Below are positions 30,263-40,468 of a stretch of 64,000 bases of DNA, piece after piece. Every line of letters starts with the position of its first letter. The first letter of the stretch is position 1. Both the position numbers and the translations under genes were made by a program. The stretch comes from Salinispira sp. (GTDB lineage: Bacteria; Spirochaetota; Spirochaetia; DSM-27196; Salinispiraceae), in contig CBDDDG010000022.1 of NCBI GenBank assembly GCA_965226555.1, forward strand, positions 64,001 to 128,000, read 5' to 3'. Under the pieces are notes generated by a model that was not told the origin of the DNA, searched no databases, and worked only from the letters and a program-made list of their open reading frames with translations.

Positions 30263-31597
30263 TTATGGATACGATGCATCAATTGCATTGAGTATTTCAA
30301 CTTCATCAAGGCCCTTACTATTAACAAAATCAACCATACCGCTCCAGAAGGTTCCCGATCCCACTGCGCCAGGCATGAGATCGGAAGCATCAAAACGGAA
30401 GGTATCGGCTGCAAGAATAATTTCGGCGTACCCCCGTTCAATAGGCGAGGGGTACCAGTCGAGAGAAGAATCGTTATGAGGACTCACAAACCCGCCGGCT
30501 TCAATCCATGATTTTGTTGATAAACCAGTTGAAATGTACTTCATAACAGCTCGTACTTCAGGCCTATCGGTAAACGCTGAATAGATATCGCCTGCGCCAA
30601 GCACAGGTTTTCCTTCTTCAGGATCAATGGGAGGCAGATAGAAATAGTCAATGAGCCCCTGTTCAACTTCACTTCCTCCTTCCGGGAAAAATCCGGTGAT
30701 GAAGTTAGCCTGCCGATGCATGAGCGCGAAGGGCGGGTCCTGGAGAAGAGGTATGGGACCGTCACCGAAGGGAACGGTGAGGATGGCATCTGTTCCGCCA
30801 AGAACATAATCTTTATTGAACCATATCTCACTGAGAATATCGAGCGCTCTTCTGATTTCCGGACTATTAAATTTTAAGTCCCCGGCAACCCATGCATCAT
30901 ATTTTTCAGCAGGTTCGGTTCTGAGGAGAATATCTTCAACCCAGTCTGTTGCAACCCAGCCGGTCGCGCCTGAACTTTCGATGGAAATAGACCATGGGGT
31001 ATATCCATCGGCAACCATCTGATCAGAAAGCGCAATGAGTTCATCCCATGTCTGGGGAATTCCATAACCTTCCGCTTCAAATACCGGCTTTGCATACCAG
31101 ACCAAACTTTTTAAGTTTGCCCGATACCACAGACCTGCAACTTTGCCGTCAACCAATGAGAGGTCAATCCAAGCATCAGAATACTGCTGACGCAGATAAT
31201 CATCGCTGAACCAATCGCTCAGGTCAACAATGAAATTCTGACGGGTAAGATCGGCCATGAGACCCGGTTGGGGAAAGGCTGCAATGTCGGGGGGATCCCC
31301 GCCTTCTGCGCGCACACGTACAAGTGTTTCAAAGTCGCCCGAACCCTCATACACAATGTTAATGCCTGTTGCTTCAGCGAATGGAATCATTGCCTCTTCA
31401 AAACGTTCGGCGTCAACATCGACAAATGCGCCGAAGATATTTACCGTTGTTCCCGATAAATCGGCGCCATTGGTGTAGGGATTGTCGGGGTAATTTCCAC
31501 CGCCTGCTCCTTCTTCACCGTTGCCTCCTGCATAAGCAAAAGTTATTACTACTGTCAGCAAAAGAACTAACAGTATATTTCGATTAATTTGTGGCAT
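30263..31597 (-). CDS. Sugar ABC substrate-binding protein (AglE-like)
   Basis: PPDIAAFPQPG, KSLVWY, GATGW, FRFDASDLMPGAVG; SD AGGAGG. Confidence 0.9.
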   Translation of the reverse strand: MPQINRNILLVLLLTVVITFAYAGGNGEEGAGGGNYPDNPYTNGADLSGTTVNIFGAFVDVDAERFEEAMIPFAEATGINIVYEGSGDFETLVRVRAEGGDPPDIAAFPQPGLMADLTRQNFIVDLSDWFSDDYLRQQYSDAWIDLSLVDGKVAGLWYRANLKSLVWYAKPVFEAEGYGIPQTWDELIALSDQMVADGYTPWSISIESSGATGWVATDWVEDILLRTEPAEKYDAWVAGDLKFNSPEIRRALDILSEIWFNKDYVLGGTDAILTVPFGDGPIPLLQDPPFALMHRQANFITGFFPEGGSEVEQGLIDYFYLPPIDPEEGKPVLGAGDIYSAFTDRPEVRAVMKYISTGLSTKSWIEAGGFVSPHNDSSLDWYPSPIERGYAEIILAADTFRFDASDLMPGAVGSGTFWSGMVDFVNSKGLDEVEILNAIDASYP

Positions 31598-31720
31598 AAC
31601 CACCTCCTATTTACATGCGCGAGGAGCGCATGAATTATTATTACACAGTACATGGTGTTGTGAGATGTGTCAAGAAGCGGGATTTTTTGATTTGGGATAT
31701 TAAGGTTTGCGGATAGAACA

Positions 31721-33115
31721 TCATTGATTTTTGCTCATCATGTCATTTCGCAGTCGGGTCATAAGGGTGAGCCCCCACAGATACATGCGGGGAATGTGAA
31801 AGGGTCCCTTGAACATGTTTCCCTTGAGGCTGGTGGACAGGCTCCCATCGCGGCGCAAATACCCGTACCATTCTCCATAGTCCCTGTCGGGAAAATGTCG
31901 GTGAGACCACAGATCAATTTTGTGGAACCATTGCCAATACTTTTCTTCTCCGGTCAGCAGTCCGGCGTAGAGGGTTGCAATGATCGCCTCATTATGCGGC
32001 CACCAGAATTTCATGTCGTGCCAGTATTCGAAGGGCGGTTCCTGTTTTGCATCCAGAAAATACAGCAGCCCCCCTGAGGTACTGTCCCAGCCGGATTCCA
32101 GCATCCATTTCAGAATGTCGGTGCCAAGCCGTATATATTCCTGACGGCGCCTGCGGTCGGAGGCGCTGGCAACGCGGCAGTCATGGGTGTCGGCAGGATC
32201 GGGGGCGGATCGGGCAGTGTGGGGGATGAGGTTTCCGTGTCCGCCGAGGTAATCGGCTTCCCTGAGAATGAACCATGCGGCTTCAATGCTGTGCCCGGGG
32301 TTCACGAGGCGTCCCTCAAAATGGTCTTCCAGAAACTCGCCTGCCGGGCCGGTCTGCTCCAGAACGCAACGGAGTTCGGGCTTCACGTGGAGGGTTCTTA
32401 TGGTTTCAATGCAGACGCGTATAAGTTCCGTATAGAAATTTTTCTCCGGCATTTCCAAGGTTTCCGGCGATTCAAGATTCTCTGAATGGGAATTGTTGGC
32501 TTTGTAGATACTATTATGAGCCTCTCTGAGTTCCTGAGCAACATTAATGAGAATCATGAGGTGGGCAAGTCCCGATGTCGGGCGAACTCCGGCATTCATT
32601 TTCGGTTCGGCGGGGTTCTTCAGGAAGGCGAGTACATTCAGGAGAAGCTGATGGGCCCGCCTGAGTCTGTCCGCATCGCCGGATGCCCTGGCCAGCATTG
32701 CCTTTGCGATGGCGGCAAAACATTCGCTGAAAACATAGCGCCGCTTAATGAGTGGGCGTCCGTCCCGGGTGGTTCTGAAATACATTCTTCCATCGGCAGG
32801 GTCGTAGCAGTGCCGATCGCTGAAACTCTCGGCAGATTCCGCTGCCCGCAGCAGCGTTTCTTCAAGTCTCCGGTACTTCGTTGCCGCATAGGGCCTCGTA
32901 CCGGCAACAATACTGGCAGCGGCAAAGGTCCATGCGGCGCGCCCCTGAAACCAGACCGACTTATCCTGCTCAATAACAGCGCCCCGCCTGTTCAGCCCGG
33001 TAAAAATTCCGCCATGCTCACTATCAACCCCTTCGCGCAGCCAGAACGGCAGAACATTCCCGTACAGTAACTTACGATATCGGGTTATTTTCCTGCCAAT
33101 TGTTCCGGCATCCAT
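31721..33115 (-). CDS. AGE-family (N-acylglucosamine 2-) epimerase
   Basis: DKSVWFQGR, NPGHSIEAAWF, MKFWWPHNE, GEWYGYL, KGPFHIPR. Confidence 0.9.
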   Translation of the reverse strand: MDAGTIGRKITRYRKLLYGNVLPFWLREGVDSEHGGIFTGLNRRGAVIEQDKSVWFQGRAAWTFAAASIVAGTRPYAATKYRRLEETLLRAAESAESFSDRHCYDPADGRMYFRTTRDGRPLIKRRYVFSECFAAIAKAMLARASGDADRLRRAHQLLLNVLAFLKNPAEPKMNAGVRPTSGLAHLMILINVAQELREAHNSIYKANNSHSENLESPETLEMPEKNFYTELIRVCIETIRTLHVKPELRCVLEQTGPAGEFLEDHFEGRLVNPGHSIEAAWFILREADYLGGHGNLIPHTARSAPDPADTHDCRVASASDRRRRQEYIRLGTDILKWMLESGWDSTSGGLLYFLDAKQEPPFEYWHDMKFWWPHNEAIIATLYAGLLTGEEKYWQWFHKIDLWSHRHFPDRDYGEWYGYLRRDGSLSTSLKGNMFKGPFHIPRMYLWGLTLMTRLRNDMMSKNQ

Positions 33116-33199
33116 ACATTCCTCCACGCGCCCATGCTCCCGCAGGCCCGTAGCCCGTGCGCCCTCCGGCAGGCAGATCAAGGCGGATTAAGCACATCA

Positions 33200-34150
33200 T
33201 CAGGCGCGAATTGAGCCGACCGTCAGCCCCCGCACAAAGTAGCGCTGAAACAGCGGAAAGGCAATGAGCACCGGCCCGGTGGTAATGAGCAGAGTTGCGA
33301 AAATAATTGTCTGCGTGGGCAGTTGCTGAATAAGTTCAAACAAGCGCGTGCCGCCGATAGTTCCGCTGTTTCGCACCAGAAAGTCAATGTTCTGTTCAAT
33401 GTTAATGAGCAGGTTTGGCAGAGGAGTCCACTTTGGGCTCCGTATGAACAGTAGCGCGGTGTACCAGTTATTCCAGTAATCGAGCATGGTGAAAAATGCT
33501 ATGGTCGCAATGCTGGGCTTGGCAATGGGAACCACCAGCTTAAAGAGTATCTGGAATTCATTGGCTCCTTCAATCCGCCCGGATTCAATAATTCCTGTGG
33601 GAATGTTAAATGCCAGAAAAGATCGCAGAACAATTACATTAAAAGGATTAATAAGTGTCGCAAGCACCAGCACAAGAAAAGTATCGCCGAGAAAAAGAAG
33701 CTGCGTCACCACCATGTAGAAGGGAATGAGACCGGCATTGAAGAGCAGAGTAATGAGCACAATGAAACTGATCTGCCTCCGGAACCTGAATTCAGGGCGC
33801 GAAAGCGCGTAGGCGCAGAGCAGCATAACAAATACTGACAGACAGGTTCCAATTGTCGTCATTGAAATTGATACAAAATATGAACGGCCTATCTGCTGGC
33901 CAGCCTCAAAAATGTAGTCGTAGGCGGCAGTACTCCATTCAGATGGAATAAAACGGTAGCCGAAATTTTTAATGGAATCTTCGGACGAAAACGACACAGA
34001 CGCAACAAGAATAAAGGGAATCAGACAGAGCAGGGCAAATGCGCCAATGCAAATGTTGAGAAAAACATTGCTATGAACCGAAATGGCATTTACCCGCAGA
34101 CTAATTTTTGCGGGTCTGGATTTTGCAGATTTTGCAGATGCAATAGTCAT
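33200..34150 (-). CDS. Carbohydrate ABC permease (LplC-like)
   Basis: ESGRIEGA, YWNNW, FQRYFVRGLTVG. Confidence 0.9.
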   Translation of the reverse strand: MTIASAKSAKSRPAKISLRVNAISVHSNVFLNICIGAFALLCLIPFILVASVSFSSEDSIKNFGYRFIPSEWSTAAYDYIFEAGQQIGRSYFVSISMTTIGTCLSVFVMLLCAYALSRPEFRFRRQISFIVLITLLFNAGLIPFYMVVTQLLFLGDTFLVLVLATLINPFNVIVLRSFLAFNIPTGIIESGRIEGANEFQILFKLVVPIAKPSIATIAFFTMLDYWNNWYTALLFIRSPKWTPLPNLLINIEQNIDFLVRNSGTIGGTRLFELIQQLPTQTIIFATLLITTGPVLIAFPLFQRYFVRGLTVGSIRA

Positions 34151-34169
34151 GCGCCCCCCTTCATCAACA

Positions 34170-35150
34170 TCAGAATAGACTCTTGGATTTATCAATGCGC
34201 CGAACGAGAAAGTTTGCCCCAACGACAAGCATGAACCCAATGAGCGACTGCAGAAACCCGATCGCCGCGCCCAGCCCCAGATCGCCCCGCACAAAAAGCG
34301 CGCGGAACACATACGTGTCAATAACATTGGTAGCCGGATACAGGGCACCGGTATTTCTCGGCACCTGATAGAACAGCCCAAAATCGGCAAAGAATATTCT
34401 CCCGAAGGCCAGAATCATGAGGACGAGAATAATGGGGGCAATGAGGGGAACAGATATGTGCCGTATCTGCTGCCATTTTGACGCCCCATCGACAACAGCG
34501 GCATCGTAGAACGTCGGATTTATCGCTGTTAGGGCAGCCAGATAAATAATGGAATTATACCCGACACTTTTCCACAGAGAGACCAGAATGAGAATGAGCG
34601 GCCAGCGCTCGGACTCAGAGTACCAACGCACCCCCGCTCCGCCGAGAGCCTGAATAATCTGGTTGAGCAGACCATTCGAGGGGCTGAGAATTGCATACAA
34701 CAGGTAGCTCACCACAACCCAGGACATGAAAAAGGGGAGAATGGACAGGGTCTGGTAGATTTTTGCCAGTTTTTTCTGCCGAATTTCGTTCAGACAGATG
34801 GCCAGCGCAACGGCAAAAAAGGCGCCGAGCACAATGAACGCAAAATTATAGACAAGCGTATTCCGAATAATTGTTCCCGTTGCGCTGCCGACAAACAGCG
34901 AGCGGAAATTTGCAAAATTATTCCATGAGCTCGTTATAAGATTCCCAATAAACCCCTGGCCCGCCGTAATGCGGAAATCCTTAAAAGCGAGAATCATGCC
35001 CGGCATGGGCAAGTATCGAAAAAGAAACAGCCAGATAAGGGCGGGCAGCGTCATAAGAAACAGGGATGCGGTCATGGCAGTCTGAGTGCCGCCTCGCTTA
35101 CGATGTTTCGGCATGGAAATGGAAGCCTTCTTCATAATAATATTCTTCAT
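34170..35150 (-). CDS. Carbohydrate ABC permease (LplB-like)
   Basis: YLPMPGMILAFKD, PFFMSWVV, YDAAVVDGA, DFGLFYQVP. Confidence 0.9.
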   Translation of the reverse strand: MKNIIMKKASISMPKHRKRGGTQTAMTASLFLMTLPALIWLFLFRYLPMPGMILAFKDFRITAGQGFIGNLITSSWNNFANFRSLFVGSATGTIIRNTLVYNFAFIVLGAFFAVALAICLNEIRQKKLAKIYQTLSILPFFMSWVVVSYLLYAILSPSNGLLNQIIQALGGAGVRWYSESERWPLILILVSLWKSVGYNSIIYLAALTAINPTFYDAAVVDGASKWQQIRHISVPLIAPIILVLMILAFGRIFFADFGLFYQVPRNTGALYPATNVIDTYVFRALFVRGDLGLGAAIGFLQSLIGFMLVVGANFLVRRIDKSKSLF

Positions 35151-35180
35151 ACTCAATTACAACGTGCGGAAACATAAGAA

Positions 35181-35220
35181 CCGGCCTGCAACAGCGCGGA
35201 AAGAGCGAAACGCAGGCCGG
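35181..35220 (-). terminator. Stem-loop after the substrate-binding protein gene (terminator or mRNA stabiliser)
   Basis: CCGGCCTGC-N22-GCAGGCCGG. Confidence 0.55.
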
Positions 35221-35246
35221 AAACACAATCCAAAACATTCTATCGT

Positions 35247-36716
35247 TTATTGAGCCGCGTACCAAGCATCAAACTGCCGCTGCAGTTCAGCCATGACCTT
35301 ATCAATTCCGTCCCGATCAAGCCGGGTGTTAATTTCGGCAAGCGAGGCATCGACTGAGTCACCATCAAAAAGGAAATTCTTGAATTCCTCCATAGTATTG
35401 GTGATCGCGTCAATTTCTCCCCGAATTGTTGTGTAGTCCGGAGTGAAACCAAGCGCCGGCGAAGCTGCCGCAGAGTTATTGAATTTGGCAAACTCAACCC
35501 AGAGATCATCGGGCTGGCCCTCAGTCAACCAGAGAATGAAGAAATTCTGCAGGGTGAACTGCGGAATGGGCCAGTTCGCATCGGTACTGCGGACAATACG
35601 ATTTGCTCCGGTTTGCTCGTAATGAACACCTTCAATACCCCAGTTCAGGGCATTGCGCACATATTCATCGCTGTTGAGAAGGTTCAGAAACTGCATAACC
35701 TTATCGGGACGCTGGGAATTCGCGGAAATTGCCAGCATGGAACCGGAAACGGAGGAATTCTCAGCGACCGGATCGGCAGTGGCCGTAAAGTAAATGGGAA
35801 TGCGATACCGTGTCTCCAGCGCGGGTCCCGCCCCGGGAAAGGCAAGGTCGTGCTTCACCAGAAAGTTGCCCTTGCTCAGTTCGTTGGTAACCGCCCCGAT
35901 AACCGATGTGAGCGTCGGCAGGTCGGGATGTATGTACCCGGCATCAATAAGCTGCTTGAATTTTCGGTATACGGAAATTTGCTCCGGCACCTCAAATTGA
36001 TTGCGTATTTTCAGATCGCGCTGGTCGACATAGAAAACAAAGGGCAGCGAAAGGTTCAGCCAGGTAATGTTTTCGCGGTCTCTTATGGCTCCGTCAATGG
36101 GTTCCGGCCACATGGGATAATCGTTGGGATAGTCGCGCTTGAATTGTTCGATGTAGGGCAGAAAGGTATCGTAGGTTACCGAGGTCATTTCCTCGGGGAC
36201 AATTCCGTACTGGTCAATAATCTTTTTAGACATGACATTGACGGGCCAGTTGCCAATTTCCTTATTGGTCGGCACGGCGTAGACCTCGCCATCAATTCTG
36301 TTCCCATCGAAAAACGCAGGGGAGAGAATATTGAGAATATCTTGCCCATGCTCCTCCAGAAGATCATTCAGAGGATGAAAAACACCCTTGAGCGCATTCT
36401 CCCGATAGTTAAAGGCCCATCCGGCCGTAAATGCCAAATCCCATCGTTCCCCGGAATTGGCAATTAGGTTCATCCGCTCGGAATATGAATCGAGTGCCTG
36501 AAACCTCAGAGTAACGTTTATTTTTTCAGTCAGATATTCATTCAATTCCCCGAAAAACTGATCGTATTCATCTGCGTTCGGCTGTCCTCCAAAATGATAC
36601 CAGATGATTTCATAGGTCGCATCCATATCCATATCCATATCCATTTCTGCTTCTCCGCCGGCAAAGGCTGAAAACAGAATTGTGAAAACAATTACTACCA
36701 TAGCGCATTGTTTCAT
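35247..36716 (-). CDS. ABC substrate-binding protein (LplA/DUF3502-like)
   Basis: Signal FAGG; IDGEVYAVP, FLNLL...WGIEGVHY, SPALGF, GIDKVMAELQRQFDAW. Confidence 0.85.
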   Translation of the reverse strand: MKQCAMVVIVFTILFSAFAGGEAEMDMDMDMDATYEIIWYHFGGQPNADEYDQFFGELNEYLTEKINVTLRFQALDSYSERMNLIANSGERWDLAFTAGWAFNYRENALKGVFHPLNDLLEEHGQDILNILSPAFFDGNRIDGEVYAVPTNKEIGNWPVNVMSKKIIDQYGIVPEEMTSVTYDTFLPYIEQFKRDYPNDYPMWPEPIDGAIRDRENITWLNLSLPFVFYVDQRDLKIRNQFEVPEQISVYRKFKQLIDAGYIHPDLPTLTSVIGAVTNELSKGNFLVKHDLAFPGAGPALETRYRIPIYFTATADPVAENSSVSGSMLAISANSQRPDKVMQFLNLLNSDEYVRNALNWGIEGVHYEQTGANRIVRSTDANWPIPQFTLQNFFILWLTEGQPDDLWVEFAKFNNSAAASPALGFTPDYTTIRGEIDAITNTMEEFKNFLFDGDSVDASLAEINTRLDRDGIDKVMAELQRQFDAWYAAQ

Positions 36717-36731
36717 AATTATACCTCCTTG

Positions 36732-36782
36732 GAAACTTTTGCTACTGGAAATTGTGCAAGCACAATTTTCCAATGCAAAACC
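36732..36782. repeat. Modular palindromic repeat, copy 4 (module A)
   Basis: AAACTTTTGCTACTGGAAATTGTGC-aa-GCACAATTTTCCAATGCAAAACC, abutting the SD of the binding-protein gene. Confidence 0.9.
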
Positions 36783-37031
36783 TTCTCATGGGAATTTCTC
36801 AAAACTGAGTAATTCCCCTTTGGGTTAAAACCCGTAATAATTGTTTACAGTATAAACCTTCTTTGCAGTTTGGCAAGACTTTTCTGAAAAAAGTTTGGGA
36901 AATAAACCTTTGGACAGATACACTGGGGGTTACTGAAAAACATAAAAGGAGAAAAATCTCAAATAATTTTCATCAGTTCATAAAGTTTCCAAAAGTTTCC
37001 CATATATGCGATATTTCACAGGAGGAATGCC

Positions 37032-38675
37032 ATGAACACACATGCGTTTATATGTACCGCGGATGCGGTGATTGTCGGGGGGAGTCTGGGGGCGGTGCAG
37101 GCGGCGAGGTCCTTGCTGGATATGGGATATTCGGTGGTGATGACGGAGGAGTGCGGATGGATTGGGGGGCAGCTCAGCGCGCAGGCGGTTCCGCCGGATG
37201 AGCATGAGTGGATAGAGGAGTTCGGGTGTACGCGGCGGTATAAGGAGTATCGGGAGGCGGTGCGGGGGTATTTTTGCGGGAGCGCCGGGTTTAGTGCCGG
37301 ACTCTGCGCGCGCGGGGGCTTTGATCCGGGGAATTCCTGGGTGTCGCGGCTTGCGCATCCGCCGGAGCTTGCGCATGAGCTGTTGTTGGGGAGTCTTCGG
37401 CCGGACATTGAGAGCGGGAGGCTTGTTCTGCTCACGGGGGCGGTGCCGGTGGGGGCGGAGGTCGATGTCAGTCGGAGAGGGGGAAAGGCATCCGGAGAAA
37501 TATCAGGAAAAAAAACAGTGAGGTCGATCAGGATTCGATTCCTTGCCGATAATTCGGAGCGGGAGCTTCGGGCAGAGGTTTTTGTTGATGGGACGGATCA
37601 GGGCGATGTGCTGCCCATTGTCGGCGCAGATTATGTGACCGGAGCGGAGTCCCGGCTCATGACCCGGGAGCCCGGCGCTCCGCTGAGGGAGCGTCCTGCC
37701 GATATGCAGCCGGTCACCTGGGTGCTGTCGCTGGGGTTGAACTGCGGTGAGTCGCCCATTGAGAAGCCCGCGCGCTATGAATATTTTCGGGAAATGCGGC
37801 AGCCCTTCGGCACCGGCGGGCATTCGGTGCTGAGCTGCTACGGACCCGATGGCGCAAGCGGCGGGGCACGGAGGTTTCCCATTCTTGAGGATGAGGGCGA
37901 CCTGCCCCTGTGGACTTATCGGCGAATTCAGTTTCCCGGGTACTTCAGCGCGCCCCGCCGGGAAATCAGCCTGCTGAACTGGCCGCAGAACGACTATTTT
38001 ATGGCAAATATCATTGAGACCGGCGCGCGCGGCGCGGGTGGGGGCGAGCGCGGGGGACAAAGCGCTGGCGAGTGGTCTGGGGGCAGAACCGGGGCGAAGG
38101 AGTTGAGCTATGCCTTTTTGTATTGGCTACAGACGGAGGCGCCGCGGAGGAGCGGGGGGCGGGGATACCCCGAAATTGGACTGCTGCGCGATGTGCTGGG
38201 TACGCCTGACGGAGCCGCGCAGTTTCCCTACATTCGCGAGGGAAGGAGGATTCGGGCGCTGAGGACGGTTACGGCGCGCGATCTTCTTGAGCGATTTCAT
38301 GCGGGGCTGCCGCGACAGAAAGATAGCGTTGGGGTGGGGAGCTATGCCATCGATCTGCACATTACAACGGAGACACACAGCTTTCTCTATGCGAAGAGGG
38401 CGCTTCCCTTTGAGATTCCGCTGTCTGCCCTCATCCCCCGCGATATGACCAACCTCATTCCTGCGTCCAAGAATGTCGGGAGCAGCCATTTGAGCAACGG
38501 CTGCTTTCGGGTGCATCCGGTGGAGTGGAACATCGGCGAGGTCGCGGGGTATTTAGCCGGCTGCTGTCTCAGGCGCGGGGTGCGGCCTGCTGATATGTAT
38601 CGGGAGCATCTTGAGGATTTTCAGGATTTCATACAGGACAGGGGCGTTGAAATATCGTGGCCCGCGGATATGTAA
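37032..38675 (+). CDS. FAD-dependent oxidoreductase (FAD_oxidored family)
   Basis: IVGGSLGA, WIGGQLSAQAVPPDE, PYIREGRR, FEIPLSALIP, RVHPVEWNIGE. Confidence 0.85.
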   Translation: MNTHAFICTADAVIVGGSLGAVQAARSLLDMGYSVVMTEECGWIGGQLSAQAVPPDEHEWIEEFGCTRRYKEYREAVRGYFCGSAGFSAGLCARGGFDPGNSWVSRLAHPPELAHELLLGSLRPDIESGRLVLLTGAVPVGAEVDVSRRGGKASGEISGKKTVRSIRIRFLADNSERELRAEVFVDGTDQGDVLPIVGADYVTGAESRLMTREPGAPLRERPADMQPVTWVLSLGLNCGESPIEKPARYEYFREMRQPFGTGGHSVLSCYGPDGASGGARRFPILEDEGDLPLWTYRRIQFPGYFSAPRREISLLNWPQNDYFMANIIETGARGAGGGERGGQSAGEWSGGRTGAKELSYAFLYWLQTEAPRRSGGRGYPEIGLLRDVLGTPDGAAQFPYIREGRRIRALRTVTARDLLERFHAGLPRQKDSVGVGSYAIDLHITTETHSFLYAKRALPFEIPLSALIPRDMTNLIPASKNVGSSHLSNGCFRVHPVEWNIGEVAGYLAGCCLRRGVRPADMYREHLEDFQDFIQDRGVEISWPADM

Positions 38676-38688
38676 GGAATGAGTCGGT

Positions 38689-40251
38689 TCAATTGGGAGC
38701 GGTCAGTTCAATTTCAAACGGACGTCCCCAGGGGAACGATACGGTGTAGTTTGCCCCGCGTAGCCAGTGGCTGTCGGGGAGTTCGGTTCTGAGGGCTGCG
38801 TTTATGCGGTCGCGGGTTTGTTCGCCCAGTGCGCGCAGGGTTTTTTCTGCGCTGGCTGCATTTGTTTCGCTGGCGGTTCGCGGGGGAAAGGGGGGGAAGT
38901 CTGACAGGCGGAGTTTCCGGCGGACAAGGGTCATGTATCCGAAGTCCTCGAAGATGCGCTGGCGGAGGAGGTCCCTGCTGTTGAGCCGGAGGACGGCGGC
39001 GGCGCAGACGGTGCCGATGGTGTTGCCGCAGGTGTTCCATGCTGCGTAGAAGGCCAGTTTGCCGAGGAGTCCGCGCCGGTCAAGCAGGCGGAGCAGGGCG
39101 CGGTCGCCGCCGTTTGTGTAGCTGATGTCGGCAAGATAGACGGCTGTTGAGGGGGGCAGGGCGGCTATTGCATCTGCAAGGCGGATGAGCTGCGGGGCAG
39201 GGCGGCTGGCGGACGCGCTGAGTGCATGCGTTCGGGGCGCGGGAGCTGGCGCGGGCTGTTCGGAGGCTTCGCGGGTGGCGCCGAGGGGGAGGTTGAAGGC
39301 GATGGCGAGGTCTTCGGGGGTGGGCGATTCGCTGATATTGGTCAGGGTGAAATGTTTCTGGATGCAGTCGGCGAGTTTCAGGTTTTCATAGCGGGGAATA
39401 ATTTCCAGACCTGCTCTGTGACTGTGAATAGGGAATATGCGGGTGGGCTGGCCATTTTTCCGGACATCTTTCCATGCCCGCGCGGCGAGGCTGCAGCCTG
39501 TTTCATCTGCTCCCGGATAGTGCAGAATGCGCGCGTGCAGGGGGGGGATGTTGAGCTGCATCAATTCCAGAGAGGAAAAACTGAACGCTGCGTTGTCGTC
39601 CTGAGGGATGGCGAGGCAGCCGATTCTGCCGTCCAATGCTGCCCGCAGAAGTTGCCGTGTGTATGAAAGGTTAAGTTGTCGGCGGGGCAGGTAGTCGCGC
39701 AGAATGTCGGGGGGAATGTCGGTTCGCAGGGCGGAGAGTTCCTGTTCTTCCTGCCTGCGGATAATACCGGTTGCCTGCCTGTGACGGAGGGCTCCGAGGC
39801 GATGGAGGCTGGCGCCCCAGTGTTCGCAGTACTCCGGTTCTTCGTCCGCTGAGTTGTATGATGGGCTGCGCATAATGACTACGCTGACATATAGTTTCAG
39901 GTGCGGGTAACGGGACCCGAGACCGAGCAGGGTGTTGAGGCGGTCGTTGAGCCTGTACCGGTCTAATGTGTGGATGCGGGAGGGGAGAAGTCCGCCGTAG
40001 AGGAGCATATCGGCTGAGGCAACGATGGCAGATGCCTGCCCCGCATACCGCTGTATCCAGTCGAATATCGCCGGAACATCGGCGGGTTCTTTCCTGAGTC
40101 CGAGCAGGGCGCGGGGCACCGACCGCAGCTCAGTCCGCGCATGAGTGTTCGCATCAGCCCTAACATCGGCCCTTACATCAGCAAAAAACTGAACCGGCCA
40201 AGAAGAATTACAGGGGCGTTCATCGAGGGGAATGGAGAGAATTATATTCAT
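38689..40251 (-). CDS. DUF4127-family protein
   Basis: IPLDERPCN, DMLLYGGLLPSR, YPGADE, YAAWNTCGNTIG, FPWGRPFE. Confidence 0.8.
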   Translation of the reverse strand: MNIILSIPLDERPCNSSWPVQFFADVRADVRADANTHARTELRSVPRALLGLRKEPADVPAIFDWIQRYAGQASAIVASADMLLYGGLLPSRIHTLDRYRLNDRLNTLLGLGSRYPHLKLYVSVVIMRSPSYNSADEEPEYCEHWGASLHRLGALRHRQATGIIRRQEEQELSALRTDIPPDILRDYLPRRQLNLSYTRQLLRAALDGRIGCLAIPQDDNAAFSFSSLELMQLNIPPLHARILHYPGADETGCSLAARAWKDVRKNGQPTRIFPIHSHRAGLEIIPRYENLKLADCIQKHFTLTNISESPTPEDLAIAFNLPLGATREASEQPAPAPAPRTHALSASASRPAPQLIRLADAIAALPPSTAVYLADISYTNGGDRALLRLLDRRGLLGKLAFYAAWNTCGNTIGTVCAAAVLRLNSRDLLRQRIFEDFGYMTLVRRKLRLSDFPPFPPRTASETNAASAEKTLRALGEQTRDRINAALRTELPDSHWLRGANYTVSFPWGRPFEIELTAPN

Positions 40252-40412
40252 AGAAACTTTTGCATTGGAAAATTGTGCAAGCACAATTTCCAGTAGCCAA
40301 AGTTTCCGATCTGGAATGCTTTCTTTGTGCTTAGCATTCTCCTATTTTATAGAAACTTTTGCATTTTGTAAAACTTTGTCATAGAAACTTTTGCATTTTG
40401 TAAAACTTTGTC
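40252..40412. repeat. Modular palindromic repeat, copy 5 (A reversed + B + 2 x 32-bp C)
   Basis: Same modules as copy 1; ATAGAAACTTTTGCATTTTGTAAAACTTTGTC tandemly duplicated at 40349-40412. Confidence 0.95.
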
Positions 40413-40468
40413 ATAACATTATGCAATGGGAATAGTACATAAAAGGAAATGTTTTGTATAATACCGAC

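Noticed and set aside
36717..36773. N-terminal extensions in the ORF track (also 4138, 17312, 40284, 61112, 62871)
   Set aside because: They arise from reading through the palindromic repeats; SD sites and family N-termini support the downstream starts
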